From positions 124,001 through 188,000 of the forward strand of contig JALDTO010000057.1 of assembly GCA_023515725.1 (NCBI GenBank): DNA of 64,000 bases, in the 5' to 3' direction. A program made the position numbers and the translations under genes. The notes beneath the pieces were generated by a model. That model was not told the origin of the DNA, searched no databases, and saw only the letters and a list, made by a program, of their open reading frames with translations. Below, in pieces: positions 38,123 through 51,847 of the stretch. Position 1 is the first letter of the stretch; every line of letters starts with the position of its first letter. The stretch comes from Amoeboaphelidium protococcarum X5. Its lineage: Eukaryota; Fungi; Aphelidiomycota.

Positions 38123-39253
38123 ATGGGACAACAATAGTCAAAGGCTAGAAAAAGCGGTATATATAAGCAGCAGCAGCCGTACATGATGGAACCAGCGTAT
38201 GCCTATCAGCCATCTACCACTGGCACTTATGGAAGTCCTTATGCAACACAGCCGCAGTATCAACCGACAAACTTTGGACATTATGGTCAGTAGTTTGGAT
38301 CCACACCTGGAGCACCGTTGTACTAATCAGCAGCACTGGGCGGTGCGACTCCTTACCTGCCACAGCAACAATAGCAGCAGCCTTTTGCCCAACCTTAGTA
38401 TGGATATCAACAATAACAACAACCATTATCAGCTGGTGGTGGTCCTCAGTAGTACATTCCTACGAGTTATCCTCAACCTCAATTTAGCACCTACCAACCG
38501 GCTAAGAAGCCTTCCAAACTCCACGGCGGCTACCAGATGATGGCGGGAGCTGTTCAAGGCGGCATGGGCAAGATGTTCAAGAAGCCTTCTATGGCTACTA
38601 CTGGTCAAGCTAAAGAAGGCTATGGAGTATCTGAATATGCTGCCACTACTTAGCCACTGTACACTATTCCGCAGCAATAGCTTGCTTCTCCTGTTGGTGC
38701 CGGATTTGGAGGTGTTGGTGTCGGCGGTGGAAGTCCTTAAATGCCGCAGTAATACCAACCTTGGCAGACTCCCGCTTTCACTCCTCAGCAGGTACCAACT
38801 TCTGCAACGTGGTCGCGCCCTCAATATCAGTCACCATATTATTCATAGCAGTAGCAATAGTACTAGCCAGCATCTTTGGCAGAAAGTAGAGCTGTGAAAT
38901 AGGAGGAACTGTAGCCACAGAGTTATCAGAGATATGAAAAGACTTCTGAAGAGTTGAGCGGCGAGCCTGTGCTGTATTCAAGAACCGGATGGGAGCCTCA
39001 GAAGCAATAGCAAGGTAGCTCTAGTGCTGCAGTTGGTGAAATGTAGCAGTCCACGTCAACCCAGTTTCAGCAGCCGCAACCTCAGAAATATGAGTTGGTG
39101 TCCCAGAGCGTAGGTGGAGGTGCTGGTGGTGGATTTTAGCCACTGAAGCAGACGTAACAATAGCAAGAGTCTTTGGGCGGTGGTCAGTTTGAGTAACAGC
39201 CTTAAGAGGAAGAAGTCATTATGGAGAAGATTACTGTTCACAGCATATTATGA
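38123..39253 (+). CDS. Gln/Pro/Gly/Tyr-rich low-complexity protein with MGxxxS N-myristoylation motif
   Basis: 376-aa frame visible only in code 6: MGQQQSKARK..., with poly-Q tracts built from mixed CAR/TAR codons; TGA stop. Confidence 0.8.
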
Positions 39254-39491
39254 AGTTCCTAACGATTATTGGCATCATTGTTATGACCAAATAGCTATTA
39301 TAAATACACCATGAATATAATACACGTGAATTGTTGCATTTTAATTATAATACTTTGTTTTGATTTTCAATTTACACTATTCAATTAAGCAAAAGTAATT
39401 AAAATAACAAAAATGCAATATCAACAATCAAAGTAAATCTCATTAATACGTACAATAATACATGTACTGCTCCAACATCACTCATTCAAAA

Positions 39492-40522
39492 TCAATTCAG
39501 CAAAAAAGCCAAAATCAACACCCAAGCAAAGGATGCTGCGCCAGTCAAAGCCATTGGAGAGGCAGCATTGGTGGTACTTGCAGGAGTAATTGGAGATCCT
39601 GGAGGTCCAGCAGTCACCTTTGCTCCACTGCCTGGTGGTGCTGCATTGCTCGTACGGTAAGCAGAAGCGATGCCCAGACACTTGTCCATGGTGACACTGT
39701 TGTAGCCCCAGTTCTTAAGAGTGGTGGCCAGGTTAGCCAGAACAGAAGGATCTTGGTAGATGGTGTACAAATCATGGTGCAGACCAATATATCTACCCAG
39801 ACCGCGACCGACTTGAGAAAATTGTGCGATATAAGCAGAGCTAATCTGCTCGTTAGTCACACCACTGTCATAATCCATGACATCAATGTTGTTGGATGAG
39901 ACAACAAAACCAGCACCACTGACACAAGCAACATTAGCATCATTGTACTGGTCATAGCTGAAGCGCACAAACTTTGGATAGACATTGATGATCTGGTACA
40001 CTTGATTGCTCATAGTCAACAACTGGCTCAGAATAGCGTCACAGCTCAACTTGGTGGCATCAGGCTTGAAACTACACAATAGAGGACAGTCATCGTAAAT
40101 TTTACATTATCACAACAACTAAAAACTTACCGCAAACCAATGACATGACCTTGACTATATGCAGTCTGCATGTTGGTCACCATTGCAACGTTGGAAAAGT
40201 AGTCAGTAATGATGTGGAAGGTGGCCTTCAAGTCATTCGCAGCCAAACCTTGCAACACAGCAGGAGTGTACTGGGATGGACCTTCATCAAAAGTCAATGC
40301 AACCTAGGATGGAGTGCTACAGAAACTAGGAACATTGCCTACACACATAAACATTAAATAACATGAAGGAGTGAACGAACATATGGCACGGTCAAATATG
40401 AAAGACTTACTCAGCACCGCACGACGACCCAGCTTGAGGCCATTATCACTAAAGAAGGCAAACCAAGAGACTGCCACAGACACTGCCAACACAGATAGAC
40501 GAAACAAATTCAAAAAAGCCAT
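39492..40522 (-). CDS. CE4/NodB deacetylase-like protein 2 (introns 40339-40410 and 40072-40130)
   Basis: Signal peptide, TFDEGP, ATFHI, GHVIGLRFKP (spliced), FVRFSY, GLHHD, GPI-like tail. Confidence 0.9.
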
Positions 40523-40859
40523 AACGAAGAGTATATAAAGTTGTATATTAAAGACTTTTTATCTACCAAGGCAGTTAATGAATGAAAGGGAAAGAGAAAG
40601 AGAGTGAAGAACTTGAAACAAAGCCAAAGACAAACAGCTCAGCGAGTAAAACAGAGAGAAACGAAACAAAATTTGAAACGACCAAGTGAAACGAAACAAG
40701 TCCGCTTAGGAGAACGATCGAATGCGTAATGAAGAGAAAGCTTATTGTCGTTACGGGGAATAGTTCCCGAACCAGTTTCAGATGATGTTTCGCATAAAAA
40801 CTTAATACGATAAAATCATAAAATACATTCAACATTACTCTTCTCAACAAATTCGTCAA

Positions 40860-41840
40860 TCAATACTGCAAAAAGATCAATGCAGTCATACAACATAATA
40901 ACGCAATCAAGTTCAACCCAAACCGGCTTGATACACCATTGATTGCAGGAGATGGTGCGCCTGGAGGTCCAGTATTACCAATTACAGGTGCTCCTGGTGA
41001 TGGAGTTTGACTACCAGGAGGTGAACCACCCTTGGTCAAGGTAACATTCAGATTAACGACTCCAATGTCACTGTTAATAATACGGTACGCAGATGTTTTG
41101 CGCCCCAAACAATTCGCTATATCCACCAGAGAGTAACCTCTGTCAGTAGGCACCTTCAGAAGCTCAACATTCTTATCGACGCTATTGTACATCACGTAGA
41201 TATCACGATGCAAAGAGATGAAAGAGCCAGATCCATCCGGAGCCTGGTCAACAGCAGACTTGACCACGGAAATGACTTGATCAATAGCCGGAGATTCCGC
41301 GGAGCCTTGAATCTGGTAATCGTATGCATCAATATTCCACTCAGTAGGGATCATATCCATACTCTTGGCTAGATTAATGGTGCGGTCTTCCCATTGCTCA
41401 TAAGGCAGTCTCAGAAATCTCGGATAGAACTTGATGATATTGTAAACTTTGTTGGACTCATCGAACAAGATTTTAGTGAATTAGTTATTCGTCAATGTAC
41501 GGGGATCCACGTCAGGAGGAAATCTTAGTCCAATCAAGTGTCCCTTGTCATAGACCTCCTTTACCAAATTGACATACTTTTAATCATAAAAGAACTAGGA
41601 AGACACATGGAACGTAGCTTTACCACCAACCTTCTCCAAAGCATCCAAAACTTGCCTGGTGTACTAAAATGGACCCTCGTCGAAAGTAAAAGCAAAAAGC
41701 TTATTATCAGAACACTTTCTAGGTAGACTAATGGTGGCGGCTCTCCTCACTTTTACCACCTGCTCAAACTCTGGACCAAAGTTGTAATACAGCACAAACA
41801 GAGCAATTAACAGTATCACAGTTCTAAAATAATTCAACAT
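40860..41840 (-). CDS. CE4/NodB deacetylase-like protein 3
   Basis: MLNYFRT signal, TFDEGP, KATFHV, GHLIGLRFPP, FLRLPY, EWNIDAYDY, SLHRD, P/G-rich linker and hydrophobic tail. Confidence 0.9.
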
Positions 41841-42183
41841 TTCAACTTTTGTTAAGAACTAAAACCGTACTTACTTTGATATGAAAGGTGAAAGAAACAA
41901 ACGCAGCAGAAAGTGGAAAAAGTTGAAACAACTCGAGAAACTCAAAGCGAGCGGAACGAACGAAAGTTGAGTGAAACAGTAAAGGTTGATCTTTAAAGTG
42001 TGAAGATTATGAACGATCTGTACTGTACTGTACTGAGGGCATAAGCCTTAAAATAGACGATTAATGAAAGCTCCAAAAAATAAAGTTCCATCGGTATTCA
42101 ATTACTAGTTTTAACACACGTCATTATTCAATCATCATTATCATCAATTCAACCCATAAACCAAATTCTTCATGCATTACATC

Positions 42184-43842
42184 TCACAACTACAATAGAG
42201 TGACAAGAGCGACAACAAGGCCAACCAACCAATACAGACTCACAGTTGAGATAGCTCCACTAAAGATAGGATCGTTAGGTACTCCTGTTCCACCTGCGAT
42301 AGACGAAGTCTAACTACCACCTTAGGAAGAGCTAGGAGGAGTGTTGGACCGAGAGCCGCTAATGTCCTATCTGTTTGGAGTATAAGGAGGCAGCTTTCCA
42401 CCAACACACATAGCCATATTGACCAGCTTATAGCCTTTATCAACTGGAATTCTCAGCAATTGCACGTTCTTATCCTTATTATCGTACAAAGAGAAGGGGT
42501 TGTTGTGCAGCGAAATCAAACCGCGATCTTGATTGGCATTCTAATCAACAGCATTCTTGACAATATCAATAACCTGCTAGATACTACCAGAATCCTGCAG
42601 AGATTAATCACCGGCATCAATGTTATTCTGCACAATCTCGAAGCCCATATCGCGCGTAATCTTTAATTGGCTCTTGGTGATGAATGCACGCGGCATCTTC
42701 AGGAAGACTGGGTGGAAACCAATGATGTTCTTAACTTTGGTGGATTCATCAAACAGAATTTTCGCAAACTGCTTATCACCAACAGTTTCCAAGTTGACTT
42801 CGGGTGGAAAAGGAAGACCAATAGTATGATCTTCCTCATAGGCCCTTAATACCATAGCCTTAAAATCAAGGTCTGAGAAATAGCCAGAGTCAAAGAAGAA
42901 TGTCGCCTTGCCGCCAACAGCGTTCAGTGCTTCTAGCATCCCAAACACATTAGCTCTGAATCCATTGCTAAAGGTGAACGCATAAGCAGTTTTATAAGGG
43001 CAGTAAGATATGTAGTTGACATATGGGTCAACATTAGATCCAGCATCCTCGTAGTAAGCGGAATTGGATACTTGACCGCTGATATCGACTCTTGAGGTGC
43101 GATAGTTGGTAACCTTGCCACCCAAACAGAGACCCATACCAACCAGTGTCATTGACCTGTCAATAGGAATCTTCATCATCAATACATTCTTCTCCACATC
43201 ACCATAGACGAAAGAGCCATCACGGTGCACTGAAATGATGCCCTTAGTTCTAGACTGATTCCAATCAATCTACTTGGCCACAAAAGATGACACATCATAA
43301 ATGCCAGACTATTCTTACTACGCCGCATCCTGTGTGAGCCCGATCGGAATGAACTCCATTCTCTTGACTAGTCTCACCAGACGATCTTACCATAGATCTG
43401 CACGCATTCTGAAGAACACTGGGTGGACCTTGATGATATTGAAAACCTTGTTAGACTCGTCATACAAGATCTTAGTAAACTCAGCTTCAGACATGGTGCG
43501 AGGATCCAGATCAGGGGGAAAGCGCAGACCAATGATGTGATTGCTGTCATAAGCCTTCTTGACCAGCTTAGCATATTCAGGATTAGCAAAGTACTGCGTT
43601 GCGACGTGAAAGGTTGCTTTACCGCCAACTTTTTCTAGCGCTGCCAAAATCTTGTCAGTGTTAGCCTGAGGACCATCGTCAAAGCTAAATGCGAACTGAC
43701 TCTTGTCAACACAGTAGTCAATCAAAGACTCCTACACAAGACCTCTTCTTGCAACCTACTGAACATCAGAGTCAGGACCAAAAGAATAGTACAGGATAGC
43801 TATAGCGGCCAGAAGCACGGCAGTTCTAAAGTAGTTTAACAT
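42184..43842 (-). CDS. CE4/NodB deacetylase-like protein 4 with two tandem domains
   Basis: Domain 1: SFDDGP, NHIIGLRFPP, SVHRD. Domain 2: TFSNGF, DHTIGLPFPP, SLHNN. 552 aa with signal peptide and GPI-like tail. Confidence 0.9.
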
Positions 43843-45128
43843 TGTGTCTATTTTAACAGTGTATCAATAGATATGAACAGCCACATAGAGAGAATCGCTG
43901 TGCGATGAGAAATCTGGCGTCGTTCGTCAATTGTTTGATGGATAGTCAAACAAACAGTGACGACGTGCGTTTGTTTCAGCGATGATCGACATTCATGTCA
44001 ACCTCCTTTGAAGATCTTCATGATACTAAAGCCAGTCGTTGCAGTCATATTCCTGAAAAATTTACAATTGTTTTTGTTTTCTTTAATTATTGTCATTGTT
44101 ATCTAAGTGTATCAAAAATGATAAAATATGATATTAATAGAACTAGCGATGAAGGCTGACAAGATGTAAGCTGCTTAACGCCCGTGTCAAGTGCAACATA
44201 ACTCCATTTCCAATAAGGAATCATGTTAAGTCACACATCATGTCTAGTCCCTTTAACGAGCAAAAGTCGATACAAGACCAGAATGTTTAGAAAAGCCTGG
44301 ATCCAAATGGCTCTGTTATCCCGCCGAGATGAAAACACGAAAATAATCCTCCTTTCACTGGGTGTAACAGCTACTAAATAAGGTAGGAGAGAAAGGTTTA
44401 AATGATACCCTTTCGACATGGTGTAAAGATAGACAGTACTTCATTGATTTACGTGCTTATAATTATGTCAGCTTGAAGTTTTCAACAATGGGGACTTAAA
44501 TAACGAGATGTTGTTTTAAGCGTGGTAAATTTATTGCTCGTTGACATTGATCTATATGTAACCATGAACCTTATTAATGTCATCAATTGGAGTATGTTAA
44601 ATGTCGGACATAAGCATAAAAACATCAACCGAATTTCTAAAATTTGAAAAGTAATTGATAGTGTTGATGAACGGTGCTCTTCTGTTGCTGAATGCATATT
44701 AAGTGCCATAATTTTAAATTGCATCACATGTACAGTGTACTATCCACAACAGCATGGCTAGATAATTTCACCAATTTTAAACGACCAATATAAAAGATAG
44801 TTCTAATACATTTAACTCGACAAAATAAGCTATGCACAATGTGTCTAAAGCTCATCTGCATGAAACAAACAACCGCAGCGACAATCAAATGTTTATCCGA
44901 TTAGAGGCGCGTTCGGGAGAAACTTTGTGATTTCCGTTAGAATTCATTGCTCCTGAATCGTATTCGGCGGTCTGGGCTTTTTACAGAGACCCCTGGGATC
45001 CATTCGATTATTTCGCTTTAGACTATTGTCTGTGGCTTCTTTTACCATATAAAATTTTGATATTTGATCAGATCATCCATTAGTAATTGGCTGATTGCAT
45101 ATACTCTAAATTCTCCTAAATACATCAG

Positions 45129-45401
45129 ATGAATTCTACAACTGCAGCTGCTGATTTGGAATCCAACTCATTCCAAACGTCGATGGATTTGGAATAAAAT
45201 TATATGCATATAAACGATATAACATAATCTCATTATCCAATGAGTTAGTTTTGCTATAGAGAGATTGAGAGGACGCCTATAGAGCCTCCTTTTAGTGAAA
45301 CGATTCTCACACTGATATTAATGTCGATGTTACTCCTCTGTGTGATATTGAGCTCTGTAATCTGCACTATGGTATCGAGAAGTTTGGGTTCAGCCTTATG
45401 A
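45129..45401 (+). CDS. Small hypothetical protein with a C-terminal hydrophobic segment
   Basis: 90-aa code-6 ORF ending ILTLILMSMLLLCVILSSVIC...; no homology recognised. Confidence 0.3.
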
Positions 45402-45531
45402 ATGTCGATGGAACTGTTCAACACATTATGACTATGTATTTATAGAAGATAAATATTTTTGAAATTCTGATTTTATTTACTTTATCATCATTCATCCCCA
45501 TTCACTATTTGCGATTTACTTACATGTCTGA

Positions 45532-46841
45532 TCAAGATTAGCTCATCATTCCTTCCAAGACTAGTTTCATAAATAGTTTGAACTCATCATCTGAGCTGCA
45601 ATAGAAGTTGCTAGTTGCTTTATCTTGACTGACCAACTGTACACTGAACTTGATCATGATCTCTTCTTCTATCGGCGTGACAGTCTTTAGCTTGGAGATG
45701 TCAATTTTCTTGACAACTTGTGACGCATTTAAATCGCTCATCAACACTAAATCGCGGCCCGAAACGCCGTAGAATCTTCTCTTCCAGCAACTCAAGGCAT
45801 CTTGCTAGAATACGAAACCTTTGACGGGGACAGCAGCATCATGAATTTCGTGTCCAAGAGATTTGACGCCAGGAAGCTCTTTTACTTTAGAATCGCGGCC
45901 GCTGGATTCTACCGATCTAACCGGAGAGGTTTGTGAAACTTTTTGACCGAAATTGTCGGTATCAACCTTGCGCGATGCTTTATCATCAACTTTAGCTGGC
46001 TTCTTATCATCCTGTGCATACTCAGCTGAAGGGGAAAACTAGCTGTTCGGCGAGGATGCAGCACTATGACCAGCCTTAGCGTGATTAAAATCATCACGGC
46101 TATTCACTTTAAATCCTGAGGTTGAGGCACCTACAGCACTGTCTTTACGCGCTGGAGGTTGAATGTCTTTCTTCAATGGATCTGCTCTAACAGATTCGCG
46201 CCCCTGTTGGTGACTGTTACTGCTTGTAACAGATTACGCATCTGACAATGGAGACCGCGCGATTTAAGGAGATTGTTCAATCGCTGACTATGATAAGGGA
46301 CTGCTGGATTTTGAAGCTGGACTAATTGCACTTTACGCCATGTTCAAATTGTTGATACTGGAAGCCTTGGAAGAGCTCAGATTCTCAACAGATTGCAGCA
46401 AATTTAGTTATCGTCTCAAATTTTTTTCTGTAAATTCGGCATTACTAGTCACAGTCCAGAATGTATTATGTTCCTACATACAATTGAATGGGCGCGCGGT
46501 ATGATATATTAGATATTCACTATATTCGATTAGATTACCTTCAATGTGTTGGCAACGACGCGTCCATGTACAAGAGCTCTTGCTCGCTTTACGCCAACCA
46601 CCTTCTCACCAATAAAAGTCAACAGAGCATATTTGGAGTCGATTTTCACGTAGATGAACAAGACTTCCTCTCTAGATATCACTTCATTCTTCAAATCGTC
46701 GAAAGAAGATGCACCCTTGCAATACAAGGAAATCACATCTTTCGTATCTTTGTAGCCTGCGATTAACCAAGTACTGTCGCCTCCTGATCTAATCTCTTCA
46801 TACGCCTCTTTGAGTTATTGATCGCTAACGTCGCAAGTCAT
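45532..46841 (-). CDS. ADF-H (coactosin/Abp1-like) plus PH-domain protein (intron 46474-46538)
   Basis: LKEAYEEIRSGGDSTWLIAGY, KYALLTFIGEKVVGVKRARAL.H; Ser-rich linker; C-terminal PH-like KGFVF..WKRRFY. Confidence 0.8.
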
Positions 46842-47273
46842 TTCACCGAGGTTATTATTGTTGTGTGAATGAAGTTGAATGATATTGTAAAGACAATTGA
46901 TGTCGTTTGAAATGTCTTGACAAAATAAATATAGATTGACGTAAAAATAAATTGTAATTTATTGATGATGCTCATGATTGGATGACAATCAATCTACTGG
47001 TTCTTTAAACATCAGCATAGAACTTATTTACAAAGAATCGCCTTCATTCAGATTGGAGAATTAGTTGCGATAATTAATCAGCTTCTAATTGATGCACTGA
47101 AATAGAATTGAACTATGGAGTTGTTTTGATTACATTCGATCCTGCCTTTCGAAGTATGATTTCAAGGCCGACCCCTGAAGGAGCTATAAACAGAGAGAGA
47201 GCCTTAATGCACCTTTAAGATTTCCCTCTTACTTCCTTTAATAACGACAGCTTGCGTTGTATATAATCACGAA

Positions 47274-48311
47274 ATGATTTTTACATTTGGACTTCCACCA
47301 GCGAAAGAAATCGCCATCAAGTTGTATGCAATTTTGAATATCGTCATTTTTGGTGTGCTGTCTTGTGCTTTCGCGATGGGGGTGTGCACATACATTCCCT
47401 ATTTGAAATAGTATGCCGTGTTTAATGAAGCCTTGGCGCCTCTGATCATCATGTATTCTGCATTTGTAATTGGCACTCTGTACGCGTATTGTCCAAAGGA
47501 GGATTCCACTGAAGAGTAGCACGCGACCTTTCACTTTTATATGGGTGCTACGCTTGGTTATCTGTTGACTCATGTGCGTTTGGCGTTGAGTTATGATCAA
47601 GAAGATGGGCTATTGAACAAGGCGCATCTTAAAATTTTGATTGCCGTCCACTGTGGCTACATGCTGATTAATGGTGTCATGTTCCATGAGTATTACTGGA
47701 AACTATTCTTGACAGCATCATCATCATCAGCAGCAGCAGCATCACTATCTGGTAAAGTCGTGAGTTCAATCGCCAATAATGGTTTCGCGTTCAAGGATAA
47801 GTACGCCGATTAAGTATTGCTCGCGTATTAGATAGTTATTGCTATATTTCAGTACGGAAATGTCTTGGTACTGATTTTGGCTTTGTGCAGTGTTTTTGGA
47901 CTTATCCCAAGATTCGATATTAACCACTTTGCATTGTGCTCATGGGTAATCGCTGTTGAAGTGATGACTTATTTTGCCCAGCGCATTATCGATTCTCACT
48001 TGCAGTCTGGCATCTAATGGTTTGGCGCGTTTACTATGCATGGTTACATTATATATCATTTTTTGGCGGAATTGATCATTTCCACAGTGTACTGCGGTGA
48101 TGGTGAAGACTGTATTCCAAACATGGGCAGTGGATGGTTTCCATTCACTCTGTCACTCCTGGTACCATCCTTGGTGTTGATTTTTACCAGTGCAACTTTC
48201 TTTATGCTTGTGAATTGGAGAAATTTTATGGACTTGTTGACTGACAGAACGTTCTTCCACTTGCCTGTTAATAGCCACAATGGAATGATTAAAAAGTCTT
48301 CGGCTGCATGA
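47274..48311 (+). CDS. Hypothetical multi-pass membrane protein
   Basis: 345-aa code-6 frame joining the ORFs at 47541 and 48036; many hydrophobic helices; TGA stop. Confidence 0.7.
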
Positions 48312-48942
48312 ACACTCTCTATATGAAATTATAATAATAAATGAGAAATTGTATGCATTTTCTATTTATTTTATAGATATTTCAACTCTGGACAAGCATA
48401 TGCAAATTTATACATACTTTATAAATTTAAGTCTCAATCAACGGGAAATTTGCCATAATCACACCAGAGACCATCAGTTACTGCAGCCAGAATCAGATCA
48501 GAACGACAGCTTTAAAAGTCTGAACATTAAAACAGACGAAATACATTATATTAAATTTGGGAGCTGCCTTGATGAAATATTAAAGTGCGTTCAGCCCTCT
48601 GTATCGTTAATCTGTTTTCACCTTCACTTGGCAATGAACGCCCTATACGCGTTTTGGACTCTGCTCATCCTAAGTAGCAATTGATTGTTACACAACGAAT
48701 AAGTTCAGGCCGTATAGTATAAACTGCCTTTACACAAGGAATCTTCATTTCTCGATAATAGCTCTATTCACACATTACGTGTAACTCACATCATACTGTG
48801 ATATCATCAAAAGACCATCAATGATTCATAAACTTCCTCCGCTCGTCAATCTGAGATTTATTCCTCTCCGCGAGGAATTTTTTAGCGACGCGAGTTATCG
48901 TTATCGGATTATTAGAATAAAGGTTATTAATACGATTTTTAA

Positions 48943-50426
48943 ATGGCGTTTGATTATAGCAAAAGAAGAGATAGCGATTCTGCAGCTCCGTTGCTAGATG
49001 CTCCATCTGTATCTTCGCAACGTTTGACTGGTGCTTTATTCTTCTCTGTGTTTAGTGCTATTCTGGCTTCATTCTGTTTTGGTTGGAGCATAGGAGGTGA
49101 GATCTCTATTATTACTGAAATTTACGGATGATAATCTTTTCACTTTGTGTAGTTGTTAATAATCCCAAAGAAATAATATTAACGTGTGAGCTGGATGAGA
49201 ATGCCAAATTGCCTAGTTGCATCCATATGAGTACGCTCGAGTGGGGTATCGTTGTGGCAATTTTCGCGATCGGTGGGCTGTTTGGTGGCTTGCTGGGCGG
49301 GAAGCTTTGTAACTCGCTTGGACGCAAAAAGACGTTGTAGTTTAACACTCTGATTCTTTTAGCTTCAAGTGTTTTGATGGGTCTATCTGTTGATGTGGTT
49401 ACACTAGCTGCAGGTAGATTGCTGGTTGGATTTGGTTGTGGAGTTGCTACATCGGCTGTACCTTTGTACATCAGTGAGATAAGTCCTATAAAGTAGCGCG
49501 GCACTTTAGGGACTCTGAACCAGTTGGCTGTTGTTATAGGTATTCTCACCTCTCAGGTAATTGGGCTGTGGTTGTCCACCGTTCCTGGTTGGCGTCTACT
49601 TTTGGCTGGCGCCGCGATTCCAGCTTTTATTCAGTTGGTTGCTTTATTCTTTTGTCCAGAATCGCCGAGCTATTTGGTTCAGCGTGGGAAGGTGTATGAG
49701 GCGGAGATGTCCCTGGCCAAGTTGCGTGCGTCGCGTCAAGTTGGTCTTGAGTTAGACTCGCTGGTTGTATCTCAGCGTGAATCTTGCTCTGAAAGCGGAG
49801 ATTTGAGCATTGCTTAGCTATTTACGCGCAAGTCGCTGAGAAAGGCTCTTATCATTGGTTTGACTGCCTAATTGGCTTAGCAATTTTCCGGTATTAATGG
49901 TGTGATGCAGTATTCTTCTTCGATTTTCAAAGACGTGTTCCCTGGATAGGAAAAGTTGGTGACTGTTGGTGTAGGAATTGTCAATTTGGTGAGCACTTTA
50001 TTGTCATTGGTTTTGATGGATCGTGCTGGTAGACGAATTCTTCTGTTAACCAGTCAACTTGGACTTGTCGCTCTTTGTATCGTCGTAGTTGTGGCATCTT
50101 TGGCCAATTCAGGAATAATTGTGGTGATTAGTGTAGGGCTATTCACTGCAATGTTTGCTATTGGACTTGGTCCTATTCCGTGGTTGATCATCCCGGAGAT
50201 CTTTCCAACTTATGCTGTGTCTCCAGCCAGTTCTGTAAGTGTCTGTGTCAATTGGTTGTCCAACTTTCTGGTATCTCTTCTGTTTGAGCAGATGCTGATT
50301 TACTTGAAGGGTTACACATTCTTACCCTTCGGAGTAATCACCTTTGGCACAGCATGTGTCATATTCTACATGATGCCTGAAACTAAAGACAGATCTGTTG
50401 ATGAGATTGCTAGTATTTTGTAGTGA
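48943..50426 (+). CDS. MFS sugar porter, GLUT/SLC2A-like (intron 49097-49152)
   Basis: GRKKT, YISEISP..RG.LG..NQL, PESP, QQFSGIN, DRAGRR, GLGPIPW, PETK. Confidence 0.94.
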
Positions 50427-50669
50427 GCGCGCGTTGTAATAGGATTCAAATTGTGAATTTAAATGTCAACTTTTATTATAGCTCTATGTTTTTTGCTTCC
50501 TCTGTTTATGAGCGTCACTTTCTTTCAATTTATGGTTGTTCTTTGGATTCATCCAAAGTACTACCAGGATTTTTTCTCGTCCGTTTTGTCCACTTTTAAA
50601 ACCGCGTGTTTTCATCGCGGACCGACCGGTGACTTGTTCTTTTTTCAATCTGACAGCCGACCATTAAAA

Positions 50670-51335
50670 GTTGTTCGCTGTGTTAGTGACTCCTTATTTA
50701 AATAGTATGATTCAGTGACCGTATCGCTGGAAAACAGCTCCGCTGTAGCAACTGGCTACGAAATTAGCATTCTCTGCAGATCCCGATGTAAAATTTCAGG
50801 AAAATCTTCGTCGTATTTTTATGATATCGGCTCTCTGTGTAGTCATTTATCGGATATGATGTTATCATCAAAAGGCATCATCTAAAACAACAATTCTCAG
50901 GTGTAGCCACAACTTATATTTTGCGTGTCATGCTTAACTAGTCTGTGAAACAAAAAATAGGCCAGCTTACCTAAGTTTGCAATAGCCAATGGCTTATGGA
51001 TAGGTTGCTTGCCTGAGCAATTCAATGACACTAGGCATATTGACTACGCGACGACCAATCTTGCTCAAAACTCCGCGGATGTAAAAGCAGTAGTCACAGG
51101 ATAGCACAGAAACATGAACAGTCATGCATATGAACTCTTGTCAAAACTAGTAACACCAAGCGAGTTATTAACGCGAAAAGTCAAATCGAAATCCAAAATC
51201 GAAATTTCAATCTGCGGCGCTTATACCGATCCATAAAAAGCTGCCATGTTAGCAAACATGAATGCCGCCCTGTTAGATTAAATAGTCTGATAAATTATTA
51301 CACTGCAGATAATCACATTTACAACAACATCAAAA
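50670..51335 (+). mobile_element. Degenerate Helitron/Helentron Rep-helicase N-terminal relic
   Basis: FCVSCLTSL*...LPKFAIANGLWIGCLPEQF, and later VRLNSLINYYTADNHIYNNI. These match the Helitron N-terminal C..C...P.FAlANG.W.G..P and VR...N..Y patterns. In-frame TGA and frameshifts present. Confidence 0.7.
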
Positions 51336-51847
51336 GAATTAAAGATGCGCAGAAAATGCTGCTAAGGCGAACATCAAATTAAGACGCTTCAAGTCATTGC
51401 CATCTAAATCTACGGAGTAACCTGATTAGACGGCACTCGAAGGTCGTCACTCTGGAGACGCGATAAACGTCTGGACAGATAGCGCAGACTAGGAGACCAC
51501 TGAGAAGATGATAAAGTGAATTTTAGTATTGTTTTATATCAATGTTTATCCCCTATTACATACCACCGCGATCTTGTAACACGGCGTACTTTGCGATGAA
51601 TCCAAAGCTCGAGCATGCTCGGCCCCACAAGGGACGTGCATGCATTTTGTATTTTGTATGACTTTCAGTATTAATGTGCGATCAATTCCTTTTTAAGGAG
51701 CCTGGCGTTCAAATCTCATCAAAAATAAGGGGCCGTTTCATGGCGTTTAAATCACGTCAAATTGTATCAAAGAATCGCACGTAACAAGAGCAGATCATAT
51801 CATCTATCTCTTTTTTATCTTCATCTTTTAAAAATTACTAAATACCT

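Noticed and set aside
44880-45010. GC-richer stem-loop with a U5-like CTTTTTAC loop
   Set aside because: Does not match the invariant U5 loop GCCTTTTAC, and no convincing Sm site or other snRNA hallmark is present.
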